Made by a program: the position numbers and the translations under genes
The notes under the pieces: generated by a model
What the model saw: the letters and a program-made list of their open reading frames with translations, nothing else
The model's database searches: none
What the model was told of the DNA's origin: nothing
Source of the DNA: Octopus vulgaris
Lineage: Eukaryota
Assembly (NCBI GenBank): GCA_951406725.2
Contig: OX597818.1
Coordinates: 23,064,001-23,128,000 of the forward strand
Reading direction: 5' to 3'
DNA length: 64,000 nt
Part shown: positions 12,949 to 27,900 of the stretch, piece after piece
Layout: every line of letters starts with the position of its first letter
How positions within the stretch are numbered: the stretch's first letter is position 1

Positions 12949-15900
12949 CATATACGACAGGCTTCTTTCAGTTTCCGTCTACCAAATCCACTCACAAGGC
13001 ATTGGTCGGCCCGGGGCTATAGCAGAAGACACTTGCCCAAGATGCCACGCAGTGGGACTGAACCCGGAACCATGTGGTTGGTTAGCAAGCTACTTACCAC
13101 ACAGCCACTCCTGCACCTATCATCATTTTACATCCATTTTTCAGTGCAATTTGGACCAATGTTTTATAAATTAGGTGCATCTAAGTCTCTTTTCCCTTTT
13201 CACATATAATAAAAGAAAGAAAATGAAAGTAAGATTAATTTTCTAAAATGTAATACTTACATGTAATTTCGAATAGAATCTGGCAAAATTACAACACAGC
13301 GTTGTCCTTCTTTCAGTCCAGCTTCTTTCACTGCCTTTATTGCAGCAGACATAGCAGTACCTGAACTACCACCTAGGATTAAAAAGAGAGAGGGAGAGAA
13401 AAGAGGAATGAGTTAGAGAAATATGAAAGGTAAGAGTTTAAAGCAAAAGATACTGATGAAAGTAATGGAAGTAGAAGACAGATGGAAAAGTACTAAGAGA
13501 GATGTGAATGAGCAAATAGATATACTAGTTCCTGAATTTAAGATATTAAATGCAGAGATAGAGGGCTAAAGATTTCGAAGTTTAAGGTCTGTTAATTAAA
13601 TATTATAACAGCAGCAACTGGAAGAGAATTTTAACAATCAAGCCTCCATGCAATGTCTGAGACGAGAGTTAAATTCATAAATTATGGCTATAACTTCCAG
13701 ATCAATTATTAAGAGTCACGAAATAATTTTTGAACCCTAAACTGTAAAGCCATACTACATGTATCTTATGTGCAATAATCACAATTTTGTACATACTTCT
13801 GATATCCACCAGGCAACTGTACATCATTAGAGGCTTTGCTTCCTCTGAGAATCCAATAAAAGAGATGATTATTACAGTTTAAGCCTCTGTTACAGAGGAC
13901 AACCTCTGTAAATGAGGCAAAAGAGATAAAGCCACCAGATTTAGTCATACAGCAGCATGGGAAAGAGACTTTTAAAACAATGAAATTTTATGGTTAATGT
14001 TGATTCTTACCACAGAGAAGGCCTTCTTCTTTTATCAAACGTCGAGACATTATCAAAGAGTCCCTATCATTGGTTTTATACCATTTGTCAACCACCTGGA
14101 AGTTACATAGAAAATAATTTATCAATCAGTGTGATGAAGGTTTAATGAATGATCGAATGTAACCAATAAATATCATTTTGAAAGCATAAATCCTCTCATA
14201 AAACTTAGACTAAAAACAGAATTATATTTATTAAAAAAAAAGTGATCATATATTTTATTATATGTATATTCACGTGCATTACTACAAATACATTAACAAG
14301 TTTGCTATTTGTATACTTATACATTGTATGTAATTTTGATACAGTTTATTGATCTTACAATTAAGATATTGTGGGTAGAGATAAGTTGACAGAAGAAAAG
14401 CACAGAAATCTCACATCACTCCACTATTGCTCATAGCATTCACTTATTTTGAGTCTTATCACCAGAGTTATAGTGGAGCTTGAATATAGGTATATAAAAT
14501 CATTGATTATCAATAACATGTTTTTTGTTATTTAACACCAAGTCAGTTTTGTTGATCAGGTTTATACCACACAAGTAATCAGTTAAACAATGGCTACAGT
14601 TGTACAAGATATACCATACCATCTACTTATGTAGAATCATATTCTTAAAAAACCCTCTATGCGGTTGACAAGCTTCAAGAATTATAAGTCATATCTTTGC
14701 CAAGAAATGACCCACCATCTTACCAAAAACTCTGAAATATGAAAAACTGGCTTATGTATATTATACTTGCTTGACAAACTTAAATTTAAAATTTAAAAAT
14801 TGTATCAAAACGATTCACCAGATGAATATGATTTCTATTATAGAAACTATGATTAAAATGAGGAGTCTTTAAATTATTTAAGAAGATATCTACAAATAGA
14901 AAATAGTAACATGTATTTAAGTTCAGTTTAACACAAACAAGGGAAAATTTTAAGTGCAGACATGAGCACTTTGCATAAAACTTTAGCTATATTGGTACTT
15001 CTGGCTCATTTTTTAAGTATTCTAGTGTGAATATTTTAACAAAATGATGGTACCTATTTTTAATTATAATGTTACTTTGTAAATTAAATTTAAATAATTT
15101 TTAATATTTAAATTTTATCTTTAGCTGCAACATTTTAAGTAAAAATTTTCTTGGTCTGTACTTTACCAGATGCAATAACTTGTCCTGACCTTTTCCAAGT
15201 GTAATAACTTGTCCTGTACTTTTCCAGGTTTATAATCTTAAGAATATTATTTCTTTTGCTTGCATTTTTCCATGTAATCCATGTTTTTTCCAGGCTATGC
15301 AATTATGCTAATTAATAATGTGTCAATTAGCGGTGTCATTGATAATTTTTTCCTTACTTCAATGATGCCGGTAACATATTAAAAGTCCCCTTATAGAACT
15401 ATATTCATAAGAGAAGTATAGAACTATATTATCACCCTCAAATTTGAGAAACAAACACTAACTTTTTCACCATGAAATTCCCCTATCATTTAAGCTTAAT
15501 TAAAATATAGTTTGTTATTGAAATCAAAAAAGTTAATTATACTTAAATCCAATTTTATGCTTTATATTTTTTTGCATGATATTTTACCTCACAACTTTTT
15601 TCATACTAATTTTTGTTGCATAGGACCAAAACTATGAAATTCTTCATGCCTTCTCCTATCATTGAAGCTATGATAAATATATTTTGCTTTTAAAGTAAAA
15701 ATGTTATTTAGATCTAAACTTGATTGGAGGCATTACTTACTCTCCTATAATGTTGCTACAAATTTTGAGGTGAACTTTTTTCTACTGGACCAAGTCTCAA
15801 TTTTTTTATGCCAAAATGTAGCTAGGGACCATTCCTCTTCAAAAATGTTACCAGTTTTCAAATCGGTTAAGAACTGAATTAGCAACAAGCTCTGAAAGAT

Positions 15901-18900
15901 GCTGCATGTGAGAAAATTGCGGCCTTAAGAATATTATCCAACTGCTACCGTAGTTGAATGATATATCTATGTGTGTGTGTGTCTTTGTGTCAGTGTTTGT
16001 CCTCCACCACTGCTTAACAACTGGTGTTGGTTTATATACATCCTTGTAACATAACAGTTCAGCAAAAGAGACCAACAGAATAAGTATCAGACTTTAAAAA
16101 ATTACTGGAGTCGATGCATTTGACGTAAAATTCTTCAAGGTGGTACCCCAGCATGGCAGCAGTCTGATGACTGAAACATGTAAAAGATAAAAGAGAACTA
16201 TTTTAAATGTCATTTTTTTTCAACTTACTGATCTATCACAAACTGTTGGAACAAAGTCATATCCAATGCCTTCAACTTCATAAAAAGTTGTGTCAGTTTT
16301 ATTTATTTCTTCTGGTTCAGCTAGAATAGAACCTTCTGGATCGACTCCAATGATCTAGAAAAAGAAGTGTAAATGAGTCAGTAAATCTCTAGGACTGACA
16401 TGGCACGATAAGGTCAGAGTCAAATAATAATATGGGGGAGAGAGAGAGGGAGGAGGGAGAGAGAGCAAGCAAAGTAGTAAACAGTGAAACATTTAGAAGA
16501 GTAAAAACAGTTTTAAGTAAAAGTGAGGGGGATCCTCATGAGAAAGAATAATTGATGAAAAATATAGGAAAAATTGAGAATACACATATCTTTGCATTTA
16601 TTTATAATTGCTAACTTTATTATTTAGCAAGAAATACTACACATGAACATTTCAAATAATTAATTCTCACATTTAAATGGCTACCTTCCATTCAATTTGC
16701 AACATCAAGTGACAGAATAGAGTACCCAACACAGGTTCTTGGAAGATGTGATATTCTAGGCATAAAGAGTTTCCATACCAAAGGCCAACAGTTGTTGCCT
16801 GTCCATGTAGCCTGCATGTGAGACATTAGCTCACCTAAAGCCCCCTTTTATAGTCAGCTTAGCTTTGATGTCAGGCACCAAAGCCACCCACTGCTCCATT
16901 ATAAGAACACTCGAAAGACTTGCTGGAAAATTTGCAAGAGAAACCTGAAGACATGGGAACTGGAGGCACAAAACAGAGCCCAGAGAAGCTCTTGCTACCA
17001 AGCCATTTCCAACTTGAAGCAGCCAGGATTAATGCCCTGAAGGAGAGAAGAGCCTGACACAGAGCTGGATTCAGTCTGCTTCCAAATGACGAAAAAAACT
17101 TATGCAATGTAGGCAACCAGATGTGCCTGAATTCCCACAGGAGATGGCACAACAAAACATTGAACTAAGAGCAATGTGCCCTGCTGAACCCTCATTCATC
17201 AAAACAATAAGGGAATCCAGTCCAGCTTAATTCTTTGAGGTTTTATGTTGTTAAACTGGTAGTGTGGATTAGTTACTACTAACCAGCAATTTGACTACCA
17301 TTTTTTCTTAATTGATTAGCTATATTAAATATTTGCGCAAAACTATATTTTTCTTCTATACAGATATACTCACTTTACAGTTTGGGCATCTTTCCTTAAT
17401 CTTTCGGGCAATACCAGTAACTGTACCTCCAGTTCCAGCTCCCATAACAACCATGTCAACTTTACCTGAAAAAGTCAAAGAGACAATGTCAGATTAGTGA
17501 TATTTGCACTAGTGTCAATTAAGTCCTAATAAAATGAACAGAAAAACTAGTCATGGCTTACATCTTTGCTACTATTTAAGTTTAAGATAGATAAGTTTAG
17601 ACAATAAATATCATTAATGTATGTGTGTGTGTGAGCGCGTGCACATGTGTGTGTGTGAGTGTACACATGCATGTGCATGTACATTGTGTGAGCATGCATG
17701 TGCATGAGTGTGCACAGGCATGTGCATGTGTGTATGTGCATTTGTATATGTACTTTTCTTTTTTGAGTAACACAACTGTTTGAAGCCGTTGAATTTGTTT
17801 CAGTTTATATGATTTACTTTCAAATCATTCTACATGAGCTCCAATTATTAAATTATTCTACAAGGGTCGGAGTGATTCTGCTAATTTCTAACTATACAAA
17901 ATTTTTTTTTACTGTGCTCTTTGTTTCATGATGCTCAAGTAATGTTCAAATTAATTTTCTCCTTTTTCTCATTGGTAAATCTAGTCTTGACTTTACCAAC
18001 CACACAAAAATATTTCTGCACATGTTGTATGCACTGACTATTAAGTATTGACTTTCTATCTTACCCTTGCCAAAGCATCAAGCAGAACCACTTCCCAAGT
18101 GGCTCTGGGATTCAGGTTTTGTCGCATAACAACCACTTTAGCCTTTCATATACTGACTTTTAGGCTGCTTAAACTATTATCCAAGATTTGGAATCTTTAC
18201 TTCAACTTTTGAACAAATTCTGCCATTAGAACTAGATCATCAGCTTAATTGTAAGGATGATCAGTCCTCTTGAACTCTTGCATTCTCAAGGACCAGAATG
18301 AATAAAAGGTAGACAAAGAACCAGCTTTTGTATACAGACTTATTTTCAAAATACTTCATCACTAATCCTACCTAATCTTACAAACACCATTCTCATACAA
18401 CTTTTACAAATCATCAATCTACATTTAGTTTGCTGGATATTCAACAAAATGAGGAACTTTCTCAAAAGATTGACAAAGTAGAGAAGCTGCTTCTAAGTTA
18501 TGGAATTTTCTTGCAATTATCTCACAAGAAACACATCACTAGTGATTATAAACTGTATCTTATCCATATTACTTTTACTCTGAATTAACTTTACTAAAAC
18601 TTAAATCAGCCCTTCCCCACACAATCTGATTAACTTGGCAAATAATTAGTATAGGATTTATATAACATGATGTCTTCAACATCTCAGTAACTAACTGAAA
18701 TAGATCTGCTCCTTTTCCAACTGAAAATTCCTTAACAGCTTTACTAACCTTGCCAAAGATATCTCAATAGTTGTCTCTTGGTCAATTCCTCTTGGGAAGT
18801 CCTTCATGTTCCACTCAACAACCTAACATTGTAGCATTTCCATGCCTCTTTCTTTCCCCTACCACTGGAAGTAAATAGTACCAGTGTTCTTTTAGACACA

Positions 18901-21900
18901 CACCACCCTCAAGAGCATTCTGATTCATATGAATGCAGTGCTTTGAAATTTGGAATAATTCATATTTCTCATTTTTATGGTTCAGAACAATAGTAAACCT
19001 CCCACTTTCAGCTTTTTCTCTTGGGTAGAGACTTCTGATATTTTACTTCTCACATACCATCTTATCACTCCTTGCTATTCCTTTTCTCCCACTACTTGGA
19101 GGCCTGTCACTTTGCTCATACAGCAATATTTACTTTGTGTATTATCCCACCACCATGTCACCTACTTCTTGGATGAAGCCTTTCTCCAGCCATAGAACTT
19201 ATTAGTGGCTTACAACATTTTCTCTTTTAGTAATCCTCATATGTCCTCCATGCTATAATTTTCTTTTGTCTTCTTTATCATAATAAATATCAGTACTATT
19301 TCTGGAGTTTCACCTATAGAGGGATCATTTATCCAATACCTTTAGCAGATCAATCTGAGAACTAAATGTTCTCTAAGTGCTTTTATATGTAAAAGGGAAA
19401 AACAAATCAACAAACTTACCATCTGTATCTTTTAAAATTTCTTCAGCAGTGCCATCATAATGTGCAACTGGATTCATGGGATTACGATACTGAAATATAT
19501 ATGGAAAAGCATCACTGATGTTATATTTCTGGTAAGACAGCTGCATGAGAAATAGCTAGCCAAAGATAAACCTCTGTACCTGGCTTTCGTTGACATGGAG
19601 AAAGCCTTTGACAGGGTCCCCCAATCCCTTATCTGGTGGTCAATGAGGAAACTAGGGATAGATGAATGGTTAGTGAGAGCTGTGCAAGCCATGTACAGGG
19701 ACGCTGTCAGTAAGGTGAGGGTTGGCAATGAGTACAGTGAAGAATTCCACCAAGGTTCAGTCCTCAGTCCCCTCCTATTTATCATAGCCCTCCAGGCAAT
19801 AACAGAGGAATTCAAGACAGGATGCCCCTGGGAGCTCCTCTATGCTGATGACCTTGCTCTAATTGCTGAGTCACTATTAGAACCAGAGGAGAAGTTTCAG
19901 GTCTGGAAACAAGGATTAGAATTGAAGGGCCTTAGAGTCAACCTAGCTAAAACCTATTTCTTTACTACACACAGAGAGGGCAAACAAGGATAGACAAATG
20001 GATTAAGTCGATTATATCGACCCCAGTGCATAACTGGTACTTAATTTATCAACCCCGAAAGGATGAAAGGCGAAGTCGACCTCAGCGGAATTTGAACTCA
20101 GAATGTAATGGCAGACGAAATACAGCTATGCATTTCGCGGCGTGCTAATGTTTCTGCCAGCTCGCCAAAGTCCTAATAAGTAGAAAGGCAGGCAAACCAC
20201 AAATCCCTTCAGGTAGATGGCCCTGCTCAATCTGTAGAAAAGGCGTAGATAGAAACTCTATAAGATGTACCCAGTGTAAGCTATGGACACATAGGAGGTG
20301 CAGCAATATCAAAAGAAGATTAACTGGGAAGATAGTTTTTGTATGTGACAGATGCTCAGGAGTAATAAACACTAAAAATGTGCAGAGAACAACTTTCGCC
20401 ACATTCCAGGGAGAAAAACTAGAAGTAGTTGATAGCTTCCGTTACCTAGGTGACCAAGTCAGTAGTGGGGGAGGGTGTGCTGAAAGTGTAGCTGCAAGAA
20501 TAAGAATAGCCTGGGCAAAGTTCAGAGAGCTCTTACCTCTGCTAGAGACAAAGGGCCTCTCACTCGGAGTAAAAGGTAGACTGTATGACACATGTGTACG
20601 AACAGCCATGCTACATGGCAGTGAAATATGGGCCGTGACTGCTGAGGATGTGTAAGCTTGCAAAGAATGAAGCCATTATGCTCCGAAGGATGTGTAATGT
20701 CGGTGCGCATACTCGAGAGAGTGTAAGTACCTTGAGAGAAAAGTTGGACCTAAGAAGCATCAGATGTGGTGTGCAAGAGAGACGACGATCTTCAAAACAA
20801 ACACTTGCTACAGTATTTGAAACCTCACCTCGCAAAGTCAATTTCATTTAGTCAGTCTACAGCGATGGTGTCATCTACCTTCAAGCAGACTACTTTAAGT
20901 CAGTTTTATCGTCAGTCTCATCATCTGGTGAATGCTACCATACAATGTGACATTAAAATATCACTTGCAAACTGGATAGCTAATAGTGGTAGACTAATAT
21001 CGATAGTTGAAACTGATGGTCTTCATCAGTACTTCAAAATACTGAATATAAACTACCTTGCTGGAGCACTATTGATAAAATGTTGGCTGATATTTTTATC
21101 ACTCTCTGTACATGTCCTAAGATTGATACCCAAACACTATGAAATGTTTCTATTGGAGTTTCTGGCATGAATGCAAGCAGTACAGCATGTTGTTTCTAAA
21201 TTTCTAGCAGAATGAATTGCATCATGGTGTAGGTTTTCTCACAGACAGTGCCCAACTGACCCTACTATACTGTGTAGTCGACAAAATCAAAAACAATGCA
21301 CAAAATTAAAAATAGAAAATGGTGACTATTTACCCATCGTACCCCATACATATGATGGTTTTTCCCACACAGTTTCTGTTAATCAATGTTACAAGGTATC
21401 AGTCAAGCCAGGGTTATTCTAAAAGACAGTTGCGCAAGGTGCCATGCAGTGGGACTGAACTCAAAACCACATGGTCACAAAGAGCTTCTTAATCACACAG
21501 CCATGGCTTATTTTGTAGAGGTTATGAAGTTAGATCCTAGATATGTATGTAGTATTACGATATGGAATGCATTTTTACTTTGTATAGGGCTTGTGATTGT
21601 TCAGAGCTCAAGTAGTATCTGGCTGTGAGGAGAAAGCCTGGCCTTTAGTATGCTATAATGTTAATACATGATCATTATGAGAGATCATCAATCATTGAGA
21701 TGTAGCATATATAGGAACTGTGAAGGTTTTAAGTGTGTATTTAAGAGAAAAGAGTGCATTTCTTTAATATGTACATTAACTGTGCCTTTGTGCTATTGAA
21801 TAAGACTCATGCTGCTGTTGTCTTGTCCCCTTAAACTAAATCATTGAGTGCCCTTCCTTATGCCTCACCCCCTTCAGCCCATTGCTTTGTCTCTACATTA

Positions 21901-24900
21901 GCCAATGATGATGATGAAAATATTTACCTGATCAAGGATATGTGCATTTGGAATTTCCTCCATTAAACGGCGAGCCACACCAATGTGAGATTCTGGTGAA
22001 TCAAATGCTGCACTGGTAGGGGTTCTCACAATTTCAGCACCAAGACCGCGGAGGACGTCAACCTACATATAAAAGCTATATGGTTCAAAATGTACAAAAA
22101 ACAAAAACAAAAAAAAAACATAAGTCAGAGACCAGTGAGAGAACAACAAACAAGGTGTGATGCTCAGGATAATGGAAGAATTTTTGATGCTTCAAGCCTA
22201 TGTTCTTCAAAAGGGAATGAAGACAGAGAAAAAATATGTCTGGATTAACAATCTCACATGTTGAATTGATTGGAAGGAAGCGGTTGGTGGCAAGGGAGAC
22301 AACAGTAACCTGTAGCATTGGGCCTCATGGAGGTAATGACAGGTGACTAAGACCTTTGGCGATATATCATGCTGGTGTAGACCTGTCAATCCAAGTAAGA
22401 TGATAATCGTGGCTGATGCTGGTGTCATGTCAATGGCACCCATGCTAGTGACACATAAAAAGTACCCACTACACTCTTGGAGTAGATGGCATTAGGAAGG
22501 ACATACAGTTGTAGAAACCTTGCCAAATCAGATTGGAACCCGGTGCACTCCCTGGCTTACCAGTCAAACTGTCCAACCCATGCCAGCATGGAAAGCGGAA
22601 ATTAAACAATGATGATGGTGGTTTACAGATAAATTGACTCAGGTATTTACAGTAAAATGTATCACCATTACAATGCAGTAGTAATGACATGTGAACTATC
22701 AAACTTTTGGGCATCACAGCAATTTTTGTAACCCTCTCTGACCAAGACTTCATATAAACAAACTATTAAACAACTTAGACAGTAAGAGATGTGCATAGAT
22801 ACTTATTTATGTTCAACTTTCTGGAAAAACTTAAATAAGATGGTTAAAATATTGTGTGTTAAGTGAAAAAGTATGTAACAAACTAACTTTTTCTGTACTC
22901 ATTTTCTCTGGCAACACTATGATGCATCGGTAACCTTTAACTGCTGCAGAAAGGGCAATACCAATTCCTAAAAAACAAAATAAATTATTACACAGTGAGA
23001 TGAAAAGGCCCTAATAATGAAATAATTTCTAGTTAATTTTTTTGTGTGTGTGTCACCTGCATTAAATGTTAAAACTAATTTCATTACTGTTTCTCATGTG
23101 GAGAGTGTTCCTTAATTACTTATTCCTCAAGGCAATTATATATATTTTTATATGCAAACCATTGCACAGTCTTCTACAATTAATTTGTAATTCTTTCACA
23201 CAACTTCAGTGAATAGTGTCAAGGTTTTTCTTTATAGATGAGGTCATGATAAGATTGAAATATGCTTGAAGTTGTCCCCCAAATATGCTAGTAAAATGAA
23301 AATAATATTAGTCAGTAACTAATATTGATTTTTTTTTTCTCTCACAATACATTTATTTCTGTTTTTTTTTAAAAGCTTTTTTTTTTTAAGCTTCCTGCAT
23401 TAAATATATTAACATTAACTTAAACATTGTTTTTCATGTTGCTGGTGTCATGTCTATGGCACCCATGCTAGTGGCACATAAAAAGCACCCACTACACTCT
23501 TGGAGTAGTTGGCATTAGAAAGGGCATCCAGACATAGAAACCTTGCCAAATCAGATTGGAATCAGGTGCAGCTCCTTGGCTTACCAGTTTTCAGTCAAAC
23601 CATCTAACCCATGCCAGCAAGGAAAGCGGAAATTAAACAATGATGATGGTAGTTTACATGTTAACTTATCAAACTCTTCCACAAACTTTTCAATCAAACC
23701 AAAGCAAAGACAATAAAATAAACACCACCACCACCACCAATAATAATAATAATAATAATAATCTCTTCTGAAAAACATGTCTGACCATAGGGAAATATTA
23801 CCTTGCTTAGAAACAGGTAAGGTTTGGTGTCAGGAAGGGCATCTAACCATAGAAAAACTGCCTCAGCAAACTGTTTGACTCATGCAGGCAAGAAAAAGTG
23901 GATGCTAAAAGATGATGATGATGGCGTATCTAAGTAACTTATTCTAAGAACCATTTTACTTTCCAAAAATAACCCACCCACCCAGCCACATCCTTCTCTC
24001 TCAGACAAAGAGCAGAAACTTGAAATGTCAGATTGTTTACTCTTCACATGTTAACTCATCAAACTCTTCCACAAGATTTTCAATCAAACCAAAGCAAGGA
24101 CAATAAAATAAACACCACCACCAATAATAATAATGATAATAATAATAATAATAATAGTAGTAGTATCTTTTATTAGCCACAGTGCATAAGTGAGGGGGAC
24201 ATCACAAGGACCAAAAAACAATTTTTGTGGGGATTTACATATAGGATGGTGAGAAAGAAAAGGAAAAAAATCAGTGAAATGCAAAAAAATATACATAGTA
24301 TACAAGGTATGTGATAACATGTAGGATGCAGCCCTTCTGACGCAAGAGTAACTGAAAACAGGGCCAATCAAGGAACTCCGCAAATCCGGGATTACCCTGA
24401 CCACCAAAATTACAAGCCCTCTCTCCAGCTCTTCAATCTACAGATGCATACTTAGTGTAGGGCCATACACACTAACCATTTCCCCACAGTCACCTATCTT
24501 TTTACAAATTCACTGGGAGGGAGCACTTACTTTCCTTTCCAAGTGGAAAGAGAAAGTCAATTCAACTGAATTATATCCTCAGATCACTAACATTAGTTTT
24601 CAGTTTAAAATGAAAATTATTCTTGTACATTTACTTCGTGATTCATTCATCACTATTTCAGCAAGTACTATGAAGACATTACTTTTAATATAGGAATAAA
24701 CTGGAGAGAATTTTATTCTTTGCTCACTAAAGATGGATAAAAAAGAAAAAGAATGTTGGTCTGCAATATTAGATGTTCAGTATTATTGATAGGCCAAATA
24801 AAATGAGGCTTTGGGTAATAGTTTGTTGGCCCCTGCTGTATATGATTACTTAAACTGCTACAAATAGCAGTTTGAGCATCATATCTCCCTTCAAGATACA

Positions 24901-27900
24901 CCATCTTACAAATAAAGATGAGCTGGTCATAACTGGAATGTCTTTGATCATAGGTGTGTTTGAGCAGGGTTGAAGCAGATCAAAATACATCAATGTATTT
25001 ACTAGATAATTATCTGAAATGGAATAAATAAAAAAAAAAAGATATGTAAAATGTGAATCTGACCCGTGTTTCCTGATGTAGGTTCAATCAAAACATCTCC
25101 AGGTTTCAAGTAGCCTTTCTCTTCAGCTTCCTCTACCATGCACAAGCCAATCCTATCTTTTACACTGCCACCAGAATTAAAGAATTCACACTTGGCCACT
25201 GAAATCAATGAAAACAAAGGTCCATTATAATGTGGCAGAAACATTCAGTTAAAATTCTAAGGTTCTAGGAAACAGGAGAAGAAAAGCAAAAATTCAATTA
25301 ACATGCAAAACAATAAGAATATAAAAGAACAAGAGAATATTTAAATGGGTTTTCTAGATTTTTAAAATTGCTTCTATATTAGAAATTGACAGAAATTTCT
25401 ATCAAAAGTCTTATCAAATTCTTTATAAAAGTTTCAATCAGAAACTGACTGAACCTTTTATCAAAGACAAGCAATTACATTAACCCTTTTGAAAGCAATC
25501 CACTTGCAACTGATATTTTGTTAGAAAGTCATTGGTTCTAAAGAGTCCATATGTATATTAAAGACATTTGTGAATTTTAGGCACAGGCCAGGCTCTGAAG
25601 TTAAGAAGTTTGATGTGACTTTGGGTTTAATGCTACTGCATAGAGCCTTGACGAAGTGTTTTCTACCATAGCTCTGGACTAACCAAAGCTCTGTGAGTAA
25701 ATTTGGTAGATGGAAGATGTAGGAAGCCCTTTGATTATATAATGGTTTCAAATTTTGGCACAAGGCCAGCAAGTTCCTGGAAGGGAGTAAATCAATTACA
25801 TCACACAATGTTCGACTGGTACTTGTTTTACTGACCCCAAAAGGATGAAAGGTAAAGTTGACCTTGGTGGAATTTGAATTCAGAACATAAAGATAGATGA
25901 AATGCTGCTAAGCATTCTGAGTGGCATGCTAACAATTCTGCCAGTCCACTGCCTTACTCTTTTTTTAATATATACTAGCAGTATCGCCCAGCGTTGCTGG
26001 GGTTTGTAAGGGAAATAACTATATAAGCATTTTTAGAGAGTTACTTCCCTTATAGATGCCAATTTGGGCTTTCTTAGCCATTTCTGTTTTGGTGTCTTCA
26101 AGCCATGAAGTCGTTGTTCTAAAAGAACGCTGGTCTCCTTGACAACGCTTTACGACGTTGATTTCCTTACACTCCCTTCCCCACAGCTTCACGAGGGAGG
26201 GAAGAAGGGGGAGAAGCAAACAGGTGCAGGTGTGATCATGGACGCCAACTCCGCCGCCATCGACACACGAAAAATTATGCATTAAAATGGAATAAAAAAT
26301 GATGTTAAATTATTTTTAAAATCGTAGACTCATCGTAGACGCGCGCTAATACTCAGACGGGCTCGATATGAATCATGACTATAAGATACTCGAATTTGGT
26401 TAAACTGCACCGCAAAATGTGGGAGTAGTTAGGAATCTAAATCGAAGGGGACAGACACTCACACAACTACAGTTTTATATATATAGATTAGAAACAACAC
26501 AGATTTGAGAGGTCTCTTCAGTATTGGGAGTGAAGGGCAAGGCAACCTCTACACAGCTGGTATGATGAAAAAATGCTCCCAGTACATTTTGTAAATTAGT
26601 TGGTGTAAGGAAGCCATAAAAACCAAACCAAAACTGAGAACTTGTTGAAACCTGTCAAACCATCCAAACCATGCCAGCATGAAAATTAGATAAAAAATGA
26701 GAAAGTTGATTGATGTATAGATGAATGTGAATGTGCAAGAATGAAAACAAAACAAAAACAATGATTTTTGACATTCCTTGTTAACCCGTTGACGCTGGTA
26801 TTACCTGAAGCATGCGAGACACTGCTCCGGTTTTTCTTTCTAATGAGGCAACACAAACACACAAGTGCCAACGAGTTCGTGTCTATTTACATTCACCATA
26901 GTCTCGTACATTTATGTCAACCAGTTTATGAAAACGAACTATGTGAAGCTATTTATCTAAATATGATATGCACGAGTTATTCTGCTCAAGTTAAAAAAAT
27001 AGCCTGCGTGTGGTACAACTCAAAACACGGTATTATGCAAAGGACAATGATATCTGGTTTCATGCCTACAGTGGTGTTAGGTGCATACAACACATTTCCA
27101 TGCCGAATTCTGCTTTTTTTCCGTTGGTGGTATGAAGCGTGGGAAATGTCCTCGTCGGTTCAGAAACCGGTTTTAGAGTCAGTCGGGTGTGAGGACGTCC
27201 ATGCGTTCTGTAGTTAGACAGCTCAGAAACTTCAATAATTTCATTTATCAGGCGCGATGACGAACGTAAATTCGCTGATGGAGGAGCGAAGCACGAACGC
27301 AGAATTTGTTGTAATTGATTTGAAGACATTTTGAATTATGATGCATTTTTGCTGGAGACCGTTACTTTTATACCACCTGTACCAATGCATATGCATGTAA
27401 AGTATCCACATATCATTAGTCTACTGCTAGTCTCATGACTTGAACGTAACCTAAAATAGCTAAGATAATGCACGGGAGAGCGAGCAAGCGCACCACAAGA
27501 GATAAAATACACGATAGCGAACGTAAACATACGTCAGCCGCTAAAAAGTCCGTGATAGATGTAGGGCAGCTCTACATCGTATATTTACGTTAACTGTGGG
27601 TAGGCAAGCAAAAGTGTGATCGCATATTTGCGTCAACTGTTGTCAAGGGGTTAACATTATGACCATAGCTCTATGCTTCCCAACTACTCTGGAATAAAAA
27701 AAAAAAATCCCTTACTTAAAAGAAAAACATAAACAAACAAATGAACAAATGTTCCAAGCAGCAGTTTGATATTTCAATACATACTCTTTTATTTTCTTTT
27801 TTCTTTTTTTACTTGTTTCAGTTATTTGACTGCGGCCATGCTGGAGCACTGCTTTTTAGTTGAGCAAATCGACCCCCAGGACTTATTCTTTATAAGCCTA

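Noticed and set aside
16690-19250. Coding-like patches in CBS introns, including ORF 16871-17155
   Set aside because: They look like very old LINE debris, but I could not identify diagnostic motifs or splice-compatible exons.
26768-27217. 149-aa ORF inside the TTAA-flanked element
   Set aside because: No recognisable piggyBac DDD motifs or other domain; treated as non-coding or decayed.
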